Positions 19,501 to 32,816 of a DNA stretch of 64,000 nt are shown here, one piece after another. Within the stretch, counting starts at the first letter, position 1. Each line of letters begins with the position of its first letter. The position numbers and the translations under genes were made by a program. Source of the DNA: Felis catus (lineage: Eukaryota); contig NC_058368.1 in assembly GCF_018350175.1 (NCBI RefSeq), positions 620,001-684,000 of the forward strand. The letters are read 5' to 3'. Below the pieces are notes generated by a model that was not told where the DNA came from, made no database searches, and was given only the letters and a program-made list of their open reading frames with translations.

Positions 19501-22169
19501 GTTTAACGTCCGTCTATTTTGTTTTCCGATTTGGCTGGGTGTGACAGTGCTCACAGGCACTCACCAGACCAAGGTAAACGGGTGAGAATTCACTCCAAAA
19601 ATAGTCATCACTCATCATTTCTCCTACAGCTAATACATGGTTTGGCTGTGCGTGGCCATTAGATGTTAAAACTCTTTATTTTAAACACTGAAAGTGCAAA
19701 ATTCAGAAAATGTTTTCCTTATTGCCACCACAGAGGGTTGTGTAGGTAGAGAACAATGCGGTGCAACTTACCGTAGCCTACACTACCTGGGCTTCAGGTC
19801 TGTTTAATTAAACACCAGTAAGCCAAGTGAAATTTGTAAAAAAAAAAAAAAAAAAAAGTCAAATAAAGTGCCATTTATAACAACCAGTGTAATCACTGAA
19901 ATAAACTACCACTGGTTAAAGATAATTAAAAAAACACTTTCGCAGAAATTTGCCCCCAAAAATTGTTTTGCTTCCACCCTCAAAAATAGACTTTCCCTAA
20001 AGCAAGGTTTTGGATTTGCTTTTTTTCTTTTTTTCATTATGGATGAAACCAAATCCCAAGACTTCCAAGATCACAAAACTATTTAAGATGCCTTGTGAAG
20101 ATCCAAACTCTCATCTTCATTTATAACAGTCCTTCATTTATAACATGCTTGAAAAAGCATGCCCAAAGGTTCGTTGTTTCTCTTAAAATGTGTGTCTTTT
20201 AAGATAGTCACAATATCCTCTAATTTTGTGCCTGTATTTTATTGCTATTTTTTTATTCCAATGTGGTATGTAGTACCATATTGCTTGTTGGTTGAATAAA
20301 AATAAGACTGTTACCACACTAAAGTCTTAATCGGTTGTTAAATTAAGGTTCTAATACCTAAATGTTCCTCTATAGCCCAGGCAATTCTCAAAACTGCCCA
20401 CTAAGCGTGAAGTGTCTTCAGAATCCATCACAAGGTGGGAGGGGTAGAGGGGAGAAACTTCCAACTTCTATTGTGCCACACAGTGAAAGATTGACCCTCA
20501 TCAGCTATCTTGTGGCATCTTCAGTATTGATGTGGAGAGAAATTAGACTAAGAGCTCCCATCCAGGGGGTTCAACCACAAATTATGCATTCTGATACCAT
20601 CCTTTACGCCATCATAAGAGGAGGCGGACACTATAATAAAATGATTAAGAGCCCATGCTTTGAAATCAGGCATTCCTGGGATCAGATCCTACCTTGAGGA
20701 CTTACAAGGTGCTTTGTAGTGTTCAGTACTGCACCGTTGAGAAACTCAGTCTTCTCATCTGCAAAATGGGGATGATAACAATGCCTACCTCACAGAATCA
20801 TCAAGAAGATTAATTTAAAACGTTATATAAAAACAGCATAACATCTTGTCAAATTTAATGAGCAGGAGGTGTTTGCACTTTTTAAGAAACCATTTTTTGA
20901 GGTATGATTGACATACAAAAAGCTATACATATTTAATGTATATAACTTGATGAGTTTTGGAAGTATTCACCCATAAAACTATCACCAAAATCTGTACCAT
21001 AAACATGTCCATCAAAGTGCTTCCATCCTTGTCATGATTTCAACTCGATGAACTCACTTTGTTTGCCAGGCCCAGCTCTCCAGGTCATGTCAAACGGTTT
21101 TGTAAAATGCAAATTGATACCATGTTATTCTCAAGTTATTGGGAATAATATTTTAACACAGCTGATCTGGCTATGAAAGATGTTCAGAGAGTTGAAAATT
21201 CTTCATTGCTGGGCTAGTAATAGTAGTAACTTCTCTGTCAAGAGAGGATAGAATTGCAGGCCTGATCAAGGGGTGATCCCCATGCTGGAATCATCCAGGC
21301 TAGAAAGGATGACTGTAGCAGGTTAGAGGTAATACTGAAGAGATTCAAGTAGTTTCCAGGCAAAAGCAAGAAAACCCACAGCCCACTTCACCTATGGGAA
21401 AGAGAGGGAATTCCTTACCAGTTCCCAAACTCGGATTTCTGGAATTTTATTGCAGTAAAGAAGTTTCCATCAACCATGTTGGATGCCAAAAGAACAGCTT
21501 TTTAAAAACCTTGTTATTTTAATAAAGATAAAACTATTGCTGGCGCACTGGATTACAGAAAAAGATTATGGAAACCAGTGAGTCTAAGTAACAAAGGGAT
21601 TATCACATCTACTACATTCTAGAATGCCTGAGCCATAATGTTGAATACACAGGAAAGGGGAATAGTAGCCTGAATCATTGCTATGATCACAGCAGAGCAA
21701 TACTATGATACTTGTCACACCTATATTTTTATTTTACCCTCTTCTTGAAAATAACAATAATTAAGGTTTTTATTTAATTGTCTGATGGTTTTCAAAGCAT
21801 TCTACAGGCTTTTATTGCACATTTTTTTGTATTTGAGAGAGAGAGCATGCGAGCTGGGGAGGGGCAGAGAGGGAGACGGGGGATCCAAGGGGGGCTCTGT
21901 GCTGACAGCAGACAGCCCGATGTGGGGCTCAAATTCATGAACCTTGAGATCACAACCTGAGCCAAAGTCAGATGCTTAACCAACTGAGCCACCAGGTGCC
22001 CCTACACATTTTTAAACTAGCACATTTACTTTCCACAAATATGAAAATTACCAGTGATTTGCATATCCTAAAAATTACATTAACTACAATAGGCAGGGCT
22101 ATCCAAAAACTTCCACATGTGTTCCATTGCCCTTTCCTTAAAATATTGAGTAGTTCCTATGTGTCAGGC

Positions 22170-25100
22170 ATAGGAACTTCTTCTTTGACTATTTAGTAGA
22201 ATTCACCAGTGAAGCCAGCTGATTCTGGGCTGCTTTTCCTTGTTGGGTGGTTTTTGATTACTCAGTATCTATTCAGATTTTCTATTTCTTCCTGAGCAAG
22301 TGGTGGTAGTTAAGAGTGTTCTAGGAGTTTCTCCATTTTATCTAGGTTATCTAATTTGTTGATGTACAATTGTTTGCAGATTCTCTTAGAAACCTATTTC
22401 TATAAGGTCAATAATAATGTCCCCATTTACATTTCTGATTTTAGTAATTTAAGCTCCCTCTTTTTTCTTTGTCAGTCTAAAATTTTGTCAGTTTTGTTGA
22501 TCTTTTCAAAAACCAACTTTTTATTTCATTAATTCTGTTTTTCTATTCACCATTTCATATACCTCTGTTCTGATCATTATTATTTCCTTCTGCTGACCTT
22601 GGGTTTAATTTGTTCTTTTTTTTTTTTCTAGTTCTTTTAGGTGTAATTTAGGTTGTTAGCTTGGGATCTCCCTGCTTTTTTCATATAGGCATTTACAGCA
22701 ATAAATTTCTTCTGAACACTTTCACCACATCCCATGAGTTTTAGTATGATGTGTTGTTTTAATTCATCTCAAAGTATTTTCGAATTACCCTTGTGATTTC
22801 CCCTTTGACTCACAGGTTAAGTGTGTTTTGTTTGATTTCCACATATTTGCTATTTTTCCAGTTTTTTTTTTCTGTTACTAATTTCTAGCTTCATTCCACT
22901 GAAGTCAGAGAAAATACTTTGTATGATTTCACTTATTTAAATTTACCAAAAATTGCTTTGTGGCTTTACACATGGTCTATCCTAGTTTTGTGTTCTTTTA
23001 AAAGAATATGTATTATGCAATTATTGTATGAAGTATGCTATATTTGTCTTTTTTTAAATTTTTTTTATGTTTATTTATTTTTCACAGAGAAGGAGAGACA
23101 GAGCATGAGCAGGGGAAGGGTAGAGAGAGAGAGGGAGACACAGAATTGGAAGCAGGCTCCAGGCTCTGAGCTGTCAGCACAGAACCCAACGCGGGGCTCG
23201 AACCCACAAACCACGAGATCATGACCTGAGCCGAAGTTGGACGCTCAACCGACTGAGCCACCCAGGCACCCCTGTATATTTATCCTTTGGTCTTATTGGT
23301 TTATAGTGTCTATTTCTTCATTAATCTTCTTTCTAGTTATATCAAATACTGAAATTGGGTATTGAAGTCTTCAACTATTATTTTAGAACTATCTTATTTC
23401 TCCCCTTCAATTCATCAGTGTTTGCTTCAGATATTTTGGGGCTCTGTTGTTAGAAATGTATGTATTTATAAATGTTCTATTTTTTAATGTATTGACTCAT
23501 TTATTAATATATAATGTCCTTTGTTTCTTATAACAATTTTTTAATGTTTATTTATATTTGAGAAAGGGAGGGGCAGAGAGAGGGAGACTCAGAATCTGAA
23601 ACAGGCTCCAGGCTCTGAGCTGTCAACACAGAGCCTGATGCAGGGCTCAAACTCACAAGCCATGAGATCATGACCCAAGCCAAAGTCAGACACTTAACGG
23701 ACTGAGACACCCAGGCTTCCCTCTTGTAACCAGTTTTGACTTATATTTATTTTTTTCCCCAGAAATTCTAAAAGGTTTATTTTGTGTCTGATGCTGGATG
23801 GTGGAGCTCAGTGGTCAAGAAAGAATTCTTAAGATGTTTTATGGTGCAGGGGTGCCTGGGTGACTCAGTCCGTTGAGCATCTGACTCTTGATTTCAGCTC
23901 AGGTCACGATCCCAGGGTCATGGGATCAGGCCCTGCGTCCAGCTCCATGCTTAGCATGGAGCCTGCATAAGATTCTCTCTCTTCTTTTGCCCCTGTCCCC
24001 CAATAGTGTGCTTTCTCTCTCTCTCAAATAATAGTAGTAGTAATAATAATAATAATAAAGATGTTTTACAGTGCAAAAAGGTGTTTTTATTATAGCATGG
24101 GGACAGAAACTGTGGGCAGAAAGATCTCCATTGTGATTGTGAGGAGTGACTGATTATATGTGTTTTCTATCCTATGGAGGGGAAGGTGACATTAGGGCTC
24201 CAGGAAATATAGGTTCCTGGAGATCTGACTGTGTTTTTCTTGGGGCACCAGGGTGGCTCAGTCAGTTAAGTGTCTGACTCTTGATCTCAGTTCAGGTTTT
24301 GATCTAAGGGTTTTGAGTTAATGCCCTGCATTGGGCTCCACGCAGGGCATGAAACCTATTTTAAAAAGAAAAAAAAGGGGCTCCTGGGTGGCTCAGTCAG
24401 TTAAGTGTCCGACTATGGCTCAGGTCTTGATCTCCCAGTTCATGAGTTCAAGCTCCATGTAGGGCTGTGTGCTGACAGCTTATAGCCTGGAGCCTGCTTT
24501 GGATTCTGTCTCTCTCTCTGCCCCTTCCCCACGCCCACTCTCTCTCTCTCTCAAAAATAAACACTGAAAAAAATTAAAGGAAAAAGACTTTTTCTTGTAA
24601 ATCATTAAGATTTACAAACTATAGTGGAGTTTCACATTCTGCATGACTGCAATCTTGACCAATTGACCATTTGTTTCTCCCCTTCCTTTGTTCTTAAGCA
24701 GTCACCAGTGCTTGAGGAATTGTTACAGATGTCCGCCTTAAGGAGGAGGCGGGTTGTGGGGAGTCAGTTTGCATTTTGCTCTCAGCTTGCCTTTTGCTCT
24801 CATCAGCATTAGGCAGCCTAAAGATCAGCCAGAAATAGAAACTTATGGTGTTCTTAAGTCTTTTCTGAGCATGAGTCCTGGGCATGTGTGAGCTTTCTAG
24901 ATGCACCTGTGTACACAGCTTTTCAAAGCCCTTATTCCTCTAGGAAATCTCATTCCTGGCTGTTCCTCTCATGCTTTTCCTCCCAGGCCTTCAGCCTGTC
25001 TGTACTTTGTACTGTTTGTTGGGATTTGTTGTCCCATGCAGCAAGTTTGCTCACTTGCCTTTCAGTGTTTTGGAGGTGAGTGCCCGAAGTAGCTATTTAT

Positions 25101-25480
25101 CTGCCCTGAGAAAGTCTGAGTTAGGGGAAACAAAGGCAAGCCCATTGTATCAGTCCTTCACGGAACCCCCAGACAGGTCAAAACAGACAAACATAATTCC
25201 TTAGGACAAAGTCTGCTCTGCTCTGCTCCCTCCAGAACCAGATTATCTACACTGGGAATGAGGGCTGGCAAAGGGAGCGGAACGGGTTAAAACATGTAAG
25301 AACCTCCTACCTTGTTTCCTCCGCCTTTCTCCTGGTTACACATCTGCTTGTTTGCTTTCAACTTTTGACTATTGTCTGGGTTAAGATAAGGTGGTTTCTG
25401 AGTTTTCGTCTGGTTTTTTAAAATGTTCTTGGGGAAGGATGGACCCTGGGACTCCCTACTATACCAGTTTTGCTTAATGT
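22170..25480 (-). mobile_element. Old LINE1 fragment(s) interrupted by SINEs and an LTR-like insert
   Basis: T-rich, L1-antisense-like sequence (ttggtagaattcaccagtgaagcc-like; ttgttgatcttttcaaaaaccaact; tattgaagtcttcaactatta). Boundaries approximate. Confidence 0.6.
23789..24806 (-). mobile_element. Solo LTR-like element (CarLTR-like) containing three SINEs
   Basis: TG...CA-bounded segment (aagaattcttaagatgttttatggtgca...ggggacagaaactgtgggcagaaag...) resembling carnivore LTRs. No clear TSD found. Confidence 0.4.
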
Positions 25481-25737
25481 CACCTAAGCTGATTCATATA
25501 CCACTCTGTAAGGTAATAATGGGGCGCCTGGGTGGTTCAGTCAGTTAAGCATCTGACTGTTGGTTTTGGCTCAGATCACGATCTCAGTTTGTGAGATCCA
25601 GCCTCTTGTTGGGCTCTGTGCTGACAGCATGGAGCCTGCTTGGGATTCTCTCTCTGCCCCTCCCCTGTGCACACAAGTATGGATGTGCGCGCTCGCTCTC
25701 GCTCTCTCTCTCTCTCTCTCAAAATAAAGAAACGTTA

Positions 25738-25964
25738 GGGGCGCCTGGGTGGCTCAGTCGGTTGAGCGTCCGACTTCGGCTCAGGTCACGATCTCGCGGT
25801 CCGTGAGTTCGAGCCCCGCGTCAGGCTCTGGGCTGATGGCTCAGAGCCTGGAGCCTGTTTCCGATTCTGTGTCTCCCTCTCTCTTTGCCCCTCCCCCGTT
25901 CATGCTCTGTCTCTCTCTGTCTCAAAAATAAATAAATGTTAAAAAAAAAAAAAAAAAAAGAAAG
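25738..25964 (+). mobile_element. Young SINE inserted in the tail of an older SINE (25521-25737)
   Basis: TSD AAAGAAACGTTA at 25726-25737 and 25965-25976. The A-tail grades into (GAAA)n. Confidence 0.88.
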
Positions 25965-26449
25965 AAAGAAACGTTACAAAAGACAAAGGAAATGGAGGTC
26001 CCAGTAAAGTACCTTGTTGGCAATCCCGAGTAATAAATAGTAGAGTCTGGATTCAAACCCACACCCTCTCTACATCTTTTCTATTCTCATTTAATTCAGT
26101 AGCTGGTGAATTTTATTGTTTTCCTATTATTTTACCCCCTACTCGATGAATCTCAGCCCCCACTTCTCCGGAATGGCAGGTATATATTTATACCTACGTG
26201 AGAACACTACCACAAGCTTCAAACTCAGGAAGTCCTAAACTAAGTTTCATTATCTTACCCTTTTGCTCCTCCAATCTCACACCCTCCCGAAATTTGCTTC
26301 TCTTCTGTTCCCAGTAATTACTCTCACTTCTCAGTTAAATGGCAGCACCAACCACCCACTTTCCCCAAACTGCAACTTTGGAGTTGCCAAATCCTGACCA
26401 AAAAATGAAACTGAAAAAATGCGGAACCCTCAATCCGATCCAGGAAGAG

Positions 26450-27080
26450 AAACCCTACCCGAGCCCAACGCCTCACTCCTAGGCGACCGCCCGCAATCTT
26501 CAGGCTAGGAGCCCTAGGTCCTCGGGGGCGCGGCCTTGGGAGGCAGCCAAGGGCGGGCTTCCGGCAGCGTTCTCACTGGCTGGACTTGGCTGCCGCACCC
26601 CGGTTCAGCGCCGGAGCCTGGAGCCGGGAGTCCGGAATCCGGAAGCAATCCCGGCAGGAACGCTGGTAGCCGAGAACGGCGGCTGCGGGGACATCGGGAG
26701 CCGGGAGCACCAGGAGCCGGGGGCGTACAGAGTGGGCGGGATTCCCTGGCAGGTGCGTTGGCGCCCCTGGGTGGCCGACCCGGCCGGGCGCAGGCCCGCC
26801 GCCCTCCGGGTGGTCCTGTAGTCTAGGCCTGAAGGTGGTCGTGTCGACGCCGCGGCTGACCGTGGTTTCGCAGTTGTCTTCCCAGCCCTGGCTACTGCAG
26901 CGCGCTCCCCCCGGGGGCGGGGGGGAGGGGTTGGAGGGGTTGGAGTGTTCTCGTGCGAGTCGCCGGCCCAGGTGACAGGACACAGGTGGGGCCGCCACGA
27001 GGAGCTGGCCCTCAGAGCGGGGGGGTCTCTGGACGCGTCCCGGCTCGGCTGGGGGGGGGGGGGGATGAACAGATCGCAGT
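26450..27080. promoter_or_regulatory. CpG island / PARP4 promoter
   Basis: CpG-rich. GGGCGGG GC boxes and tandem ETS-like CCGGAATCCGGAAGC at about 26632-26646. Confidence 0.8.
26600..26752 (+). other. PARP4: Probable PARP4 non-coding exon 1 (start approximate)
   Basis: Donor CAG|gtgcgt at 26753 within the CpG island. The next exon begins 1 nt before the ATG. Confidence 0.55.
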
Positions 27081-30000
27081 AGAACTCAACGTTTCTTGTT
27101 CCCAGTATGCAGACAGCCTTTCTTCTTCAAGTTAGGTATCAAAGGAAACTTTTCATAAAAATACAGTATTTTGGTGAATAAGCAGGGAATGTAATCCGAC
27201 TTCATAATTAGGAACACCGTGATAGAAGTATTTAATGTTTATGTTGAAGATCAAAGTTGAAAACTTGGAAATCCGTTAAATACTTCCTGCAGGGAATGCC
27301 GAATGACTCATCCAGAGGACTGAGTAGGTAGATGTCAGCTTCTAGAATAACAAGGCTTTGCTGAGTGTTCAACCTTTCGATTCTGGATTGCAAAATAACA
27401 ATAAACATAAAAATATTTAAAGTGCAGTATTGTGAAAAAGGAGGATTCACTCTCAATATGTGTGTGTTGTGGATTTTTTAGGTACATTTGACTTGATCGT
27501 TTATGCAGTAAACATTTATTACGTTCTGTCTGTGTGCTTAGAGGTATAATATTCCGTGGGAATAGAAGCAGTACCAAAGTAGGTGGTCTTTGCTTTTTAG
27601 GGGTTTATTAGTCCCACTAGGGGAGTTTGGTATTGATGCAGTGTGGGTCCAAATATGCAAATAATTAGAAATAGAAGGCTTTTCTATAATCCTAGGCTTT
27701 AATTGATGCATGAAAGACTTTTTAGTAAGCAGACATTTATTGAATGCCTACTGTGTACCAAAAGTGAGCTAGATTCTAGGGATATAAAGATAAACAAGGC
27801 ACAGCCCCTCAAATAGCATTGATCCTCATAGAGAAATTGATAAGAGTGGAGAACAGCCAATGATTATCCACAGATGTGTGATGAAAGCTGCCAGGCTGTA
27901 GGGTTGTTGAGAGGGCCAGAGCAGGGCAGCAAATCAGAGGGAGAAGGGTTCCAGAAAGAGCTTCTGTCTAGGGAGATACTGAGGCTTTCAAAGAGGAAGA
28001 AATGCCATTTGTAAAGACACGAAAATGCAAGGCAGTAAGCCTCTTGCTTCCAACTGCACCACTGGTTTTTGGGTAGAGTAGCTGGAATTTGGGAGGAGTT
28101 GCTCAGGAAATTTCTCAGTTGCTGGGGATGTATGCTCTAGTCCTGTGTACCTAACACAGGGCCTGATGGATGGAAGACACTCAGAGATCTCATATGTATG
28201 TAGTAGGCCCGGGTAAAAATATGCAGAGATGCTGACTGTTGTTTAGGAAAAGCTTGGAAAGCAGGGAGAGACTGGTGGCACATGTCTCTTGGGAGAGCTG
28301 CTAGCCAGGAGAGGCCACACATTGCAGAGAGACCACATACAATCTGTAGGAAGACAGAAGTCAAGGCCTGATTTGAGATTGCATAGAACTTAGAGTCTGT
28401 TTCTCTACCTCCTGTGTGGCCCCAGCTGCTAAGAATGGGCCAGAGTTTGATAAAATGTTTGTTTAGGGGTGCCCGGGTGGCTCAGTCTGTAGAGCGTCCA
28501 ACTTTGGCTCAGGTCATGATCTCACAGTGTGTGAGTTCCCTTCGGGCTCTGTGCTGGCAGCTCAGAGCCTGGAGCCTGCTTCGAATTCTGTGTCTCCCTC
28601 TCTTTCTGCTCCTCCCCCACTCATGCTCTGTCTCTCTCTCTCTCTCTCTCTCTCAAAAATACATAAACATTAAAAAAAATTTTTTTTAATGTTTGTTTAT
28701 ACTTTGATTTCACAAAATTGTGAATGTACTTAATGCCACTGAGCTGTACGCTTAAGAATGGTTAAAATGGTAAATTTTATGTTAGGTCCATTTTACACCA
28801 AAATAAAGGCTAAAAAATATCTATGTAATAAGTTTAAAACATGTTCTTCAAAGTGTATTTTCTAATGAATAATTTTCACTAACCAAATATCTGATGACTT
28901 GGGGAAAAGTTAAATTACACATAGCCACTACAAATATTTTCAAAGAATATTTAGTGATATGAGCAAATTCTCATTACAAGGTGGCTCAGTAAGTTAAGCG
29001 TTAGACTTTGGCTCAGGTAATGATCTCGCGGTTCTAGGTTTGAGCCCTGTGTCAGGCCCTGTGCTGGCAGCTCAGAGCCTGGAGCTAGCTTCAGATTCCC
29101 TCTCTCTCTGCCCCTCGCCTGCCCATACACTCAGGCTCTCTCTCTCTCTTTCAAAAATAAACATCTAAAAAACATTTTTTTAAGTTAGATAAAAGAAGCG
29201 CTATAAAATACAATAAATAATATTCACAAATATATATTTTTTTAAAAATAATTTGTAAAATATATTGATACAGGAAAGAATAATATCAAAGATATTGAAA
29301 GAAATATCAAAATATCAACAGTGGAATTATTTCCCGATAGAGGGATCATAGGTACTTTAATATTTTTTTTAATGTTTTTATTCATTTTTGAGACACAGAG
29401 AGACAGAGCATGAGCAGGGGAGGATCAGAGAGAGAGGGAGACACAGAATTCGAAGCAGGCTCCAGGCTCTGAGCTGTCAGCACAGAGCCTGACGCAGGGC
29501 TCAGACTGACGGACTGTGACATCATGACCTGAGCCGAAGTTGGATGCCCAACCGACTGAGCCACCCAGGCGCCCCTCATAGGTACTTTTTTAAAACAACT
29601 TTACAGACATATAAGTTATATACCATTAATTTCACCCATTTTAATTGCATGATTCAAAGATTTTTAATAAAGTTACCAAATTGTGCATCATCACCATAAT
29701 CTACCTTCGAACATTTCCATCACTGTATGTGCTCTTTATTTTTCTTTGTACTGTTTAACCTACTTTGGGGGAGAAGTTATTTCTATAAAGACAAATTCAT
29801 AGTAATTTCCTAGGAACTTTAGGCAAAACTGAAAAGTAATACAATTTAAGCTAAATATAAATTAACAAGAATAAAAATTATTTGAACTCTGACTCAGTAT
29901 TGTTTAGGATTTTAGGTCTGTTCTCTAAGACAATCATGGGAGTTGCAAACAAAGATTTACATATAGGGATATACATTTTAGCTTTGGTTTTGATGCCAAA

Positions 30001-32504
30001 AATTAGAAATAATTTACTTGCCCAGCAATATAGAAATAGTTCATTTATGATACATATCTCAGATAGTCTCTGTTAAAAATGTTTTCCAAGAATGTTTAAT
30101 GATTTAGTGCTAATGACAAAATGCTGCCATAATGCAAGATAAGTATTGTGAATATGGTATGATTTCAATTTTGATAATAAAATAGTCAATTACAGTGCAT
30201 ACACGTAGAAAAAAAACCTGGAAGAAAAAGCAAAAGAAATTGTTAACATGACCTCTATGTTTTGAAATTATTTTGCTGTTATGCAGTTCTGAATTTTCCA
30301 CATTTTCTAAGATGAGCACGAATGACTTTCTATTAGAAAACATTTTTGGGAGGGTGCCTGGGTGGCTCAGTCGGTCGAGTGTCCGACTTCGGCTCAGGTT
30401 ACGATCTCGCGGTCCGTGAGTTCAAGCCCTGTGTCGGGTTCTGTGCTGGCAACTCAGAGCCTGGAGCCTGTTTTGGATTCTGTGTCTCCCTCTCTCTCTG
30501 ACCCTCCCCCGTCCATGCTCTGTCTCAAAAATAAATAAACGTTAAAAAAAAAAAATTAAAAAAAAAAACAAACATTTTTTTAAAGACCAGGTCAGAGGAC
30601 TTAAGAACTCACCCAGGACAGATCTGGAGAGGTGGATCCGAGCAGCCACACCCACCCAGCCTTCCCTGTCCAACAGTGGCAGGATGCATTACATAGAGAC
30701 TTTTCTGAAAATTTTTAAGATTCATTAGAGAGTTTTAGTGTTTTGTTTGTTTTTTAACTGTCAGAGATTAAAAGCAAGACAGACTAATCTGAATGACATA
30801 GTGTGATAACTTTCACAGTATCCATCAGCAGCTCTCCCATCTACAAACTCTGACAAGTATGAACCAATTCAAACATAAAAGGCAATCAACACATAGAAAG
30901 TAAGTAAATATTAATGCTATGGAAGGGCAGAATTAGATCAAGGGACTTCAGTTTAACCAGATGTCATAAGAAAAAAATTTGAACCCCCTTTGTTCGTTTA
31001 CTGGACAGATACTACTAGGTCCTGGGTAGGATACACAAGTGTAGGGTGGGGATAGGGAGAAGAGTCCCAGGGAGAAGGAACAGCATGTGTGAAGGCCCTG
31101 AGGACCCAACGGGGTTTTTGCCAACCTGGAGAAAAAAGCCAGTGTGGCCAGGGCAGAGTGAGAGAGAGGTCCAGGAGGAGGCTGTGGGGAGAGTGGCCAG
31201 GCCTTGAACCATAGTAAGAAATTTAAATTTCATTTGAAACATAATTTTAAGAAAAAAAGTTCTGCAGCTACAGCGTGGAGATTAGAAGCAGAGAGGAGCA
31301 GAAGTGGGGAGAGGAGTCAGGACTCCACTGATGGGGGCATGGGCCAGGGTGACAACAGAGACGGAGACGGGGAAAGTAGATAGGTTCCACTTGTGCTTAG
31401 GGGTGGTGAGAAGGAGCTGCTGATCGCCGAAGGGGGTAAGACAGGGAGAAATCAAGGGTAGCACCCAGTGGCTTGAGGGGCCAGCAGCACCCGGCATCCA
31501 CTTGCCTAGAGGGGAACAGGAGGGAGGCCTAGGTTGCGGACTTGGTAAGTCTGGGTGCCTGAAGCGCACACATGGGGGAGGCAGTGGGCATTTTGTCCCA
31601 AATGAGGGGTGGCCCTCACGTAGGCGGCATTTAGGGCCTTGAGGAATGGGCACCATTGCTCATCGAAGGAGACTGGAGTGGGGACTCCAGCCTGGGAGAA
31701 CTGGTCGTTCGAGAGGGAGGTGGAGTTTAAGGAGAAACCCGGAACCCCGAGCTCTGGGTCTGGCGGGAGGCTGGGCCCCCGTAGGCGCCGCCCCGGGAGA
31801 CTGGTGGCGTCCCGTGGTCCTAGAGCCCGCCAACTATCGGCCTCACTCGGAGGTTAGACCTGGGAGCCCCTTTCCCCAAACATCAGCTTATTTGGGAGAA
31901 CCTGTTAGAGATGACTCCAGTTTTAAAAAATTGACAAATAGCTACTGTGAATTAAATCAGTATCTCACCATTTATTAGTTTATTGTTAAATACCCATAAA
32001 ATTTCTTTCAAATCAAAATACGCTCATTTTTCTTAGGAGTAATCTTTAATGTAATTTGGAAAGTATGACAATAAAAGAAATTGAATTAACATACAGATAT
32101 CTTTCCCTTTAAAGATAAATTGCATATGTTTGTTACTAATTGCTCAATTTTTCTCCAGAATGACTTAACGGAAACCGACATAACTAATGGGTCTCTTTGA
32201 TTTTATAGAATTATATATAAATATACATGGTTTCATTATCACATAGTATTTTTAATTTAGAAATAAGTGCTTCTATATTCTTAAACCACACACTTGATCT
32301 ATAACTAAAATCTGTACGTTTTCATTTAGCTATATATTATGCACCTATACCAATGTATTTCGGGTGTCATAATATCAGACGTAAAAACTAGAAATGATTC
32401 TAAAACTAAATATACTTATTGCAGGTTTGACGGTTGTCCAATTTTTGTGGTTAAACGTGATTGCAATGCCTTTTTAAAATGCCCAGCTTCCCACAGTTTG
32501 CATG

Positions 32505-32655
32505 TAGAGCAATTCTAATTCAGTCAGTTGTATTCACTGAGAAGAGAATCCTTTAAAACTATCCTTCACTGTTGTATTCACAGTGTATTCTAGAGCAATT
32601 CTAGATTCAGTCAGTTGTATTCACTGAGAAGAGAATCCTTTAAAACCATCCTTCA
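32505..32655 (+). repeat. Local duplication of about 64 bp with a 22-bp filler
   Basis: TAGAGCAATTCTA(G)ATTCAGTCAGTTGTATTCACTGAGAAGAGAATCCTTTAAAAC(T/C)ATCCTTCA at 32505-32568 and 32591-32655. Confidence 0.93.
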
Positions 32656-32684
32656 AATGACTTGAAACTTTTTTTTCCTACAGG

Positions 32685-32816
32685 ATGACTGTGGGGATCT
32701 TTGCAAATTGTACCTTCTGTTTGAAAGTCAAGCACTTACCTCGTCAACAGAAGAAAAAGCTACAAAATGACATTAAGGAGAATGGTGGAAAATTTTCCTT
32801 TTTATTAAATCCTCAG
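32685..32816 (+). CDS. PARP4: PARP4 (vault PARP) exon 2 with start codon; BRCT domain
   Basis: MTVGIFANCTFCLKVKHLPRQQKKKLQNDIKENGGKFSFLLNPQ. Acceptor ttcctacag|G-ATG, donor gtattt. Confidence 0.95.
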
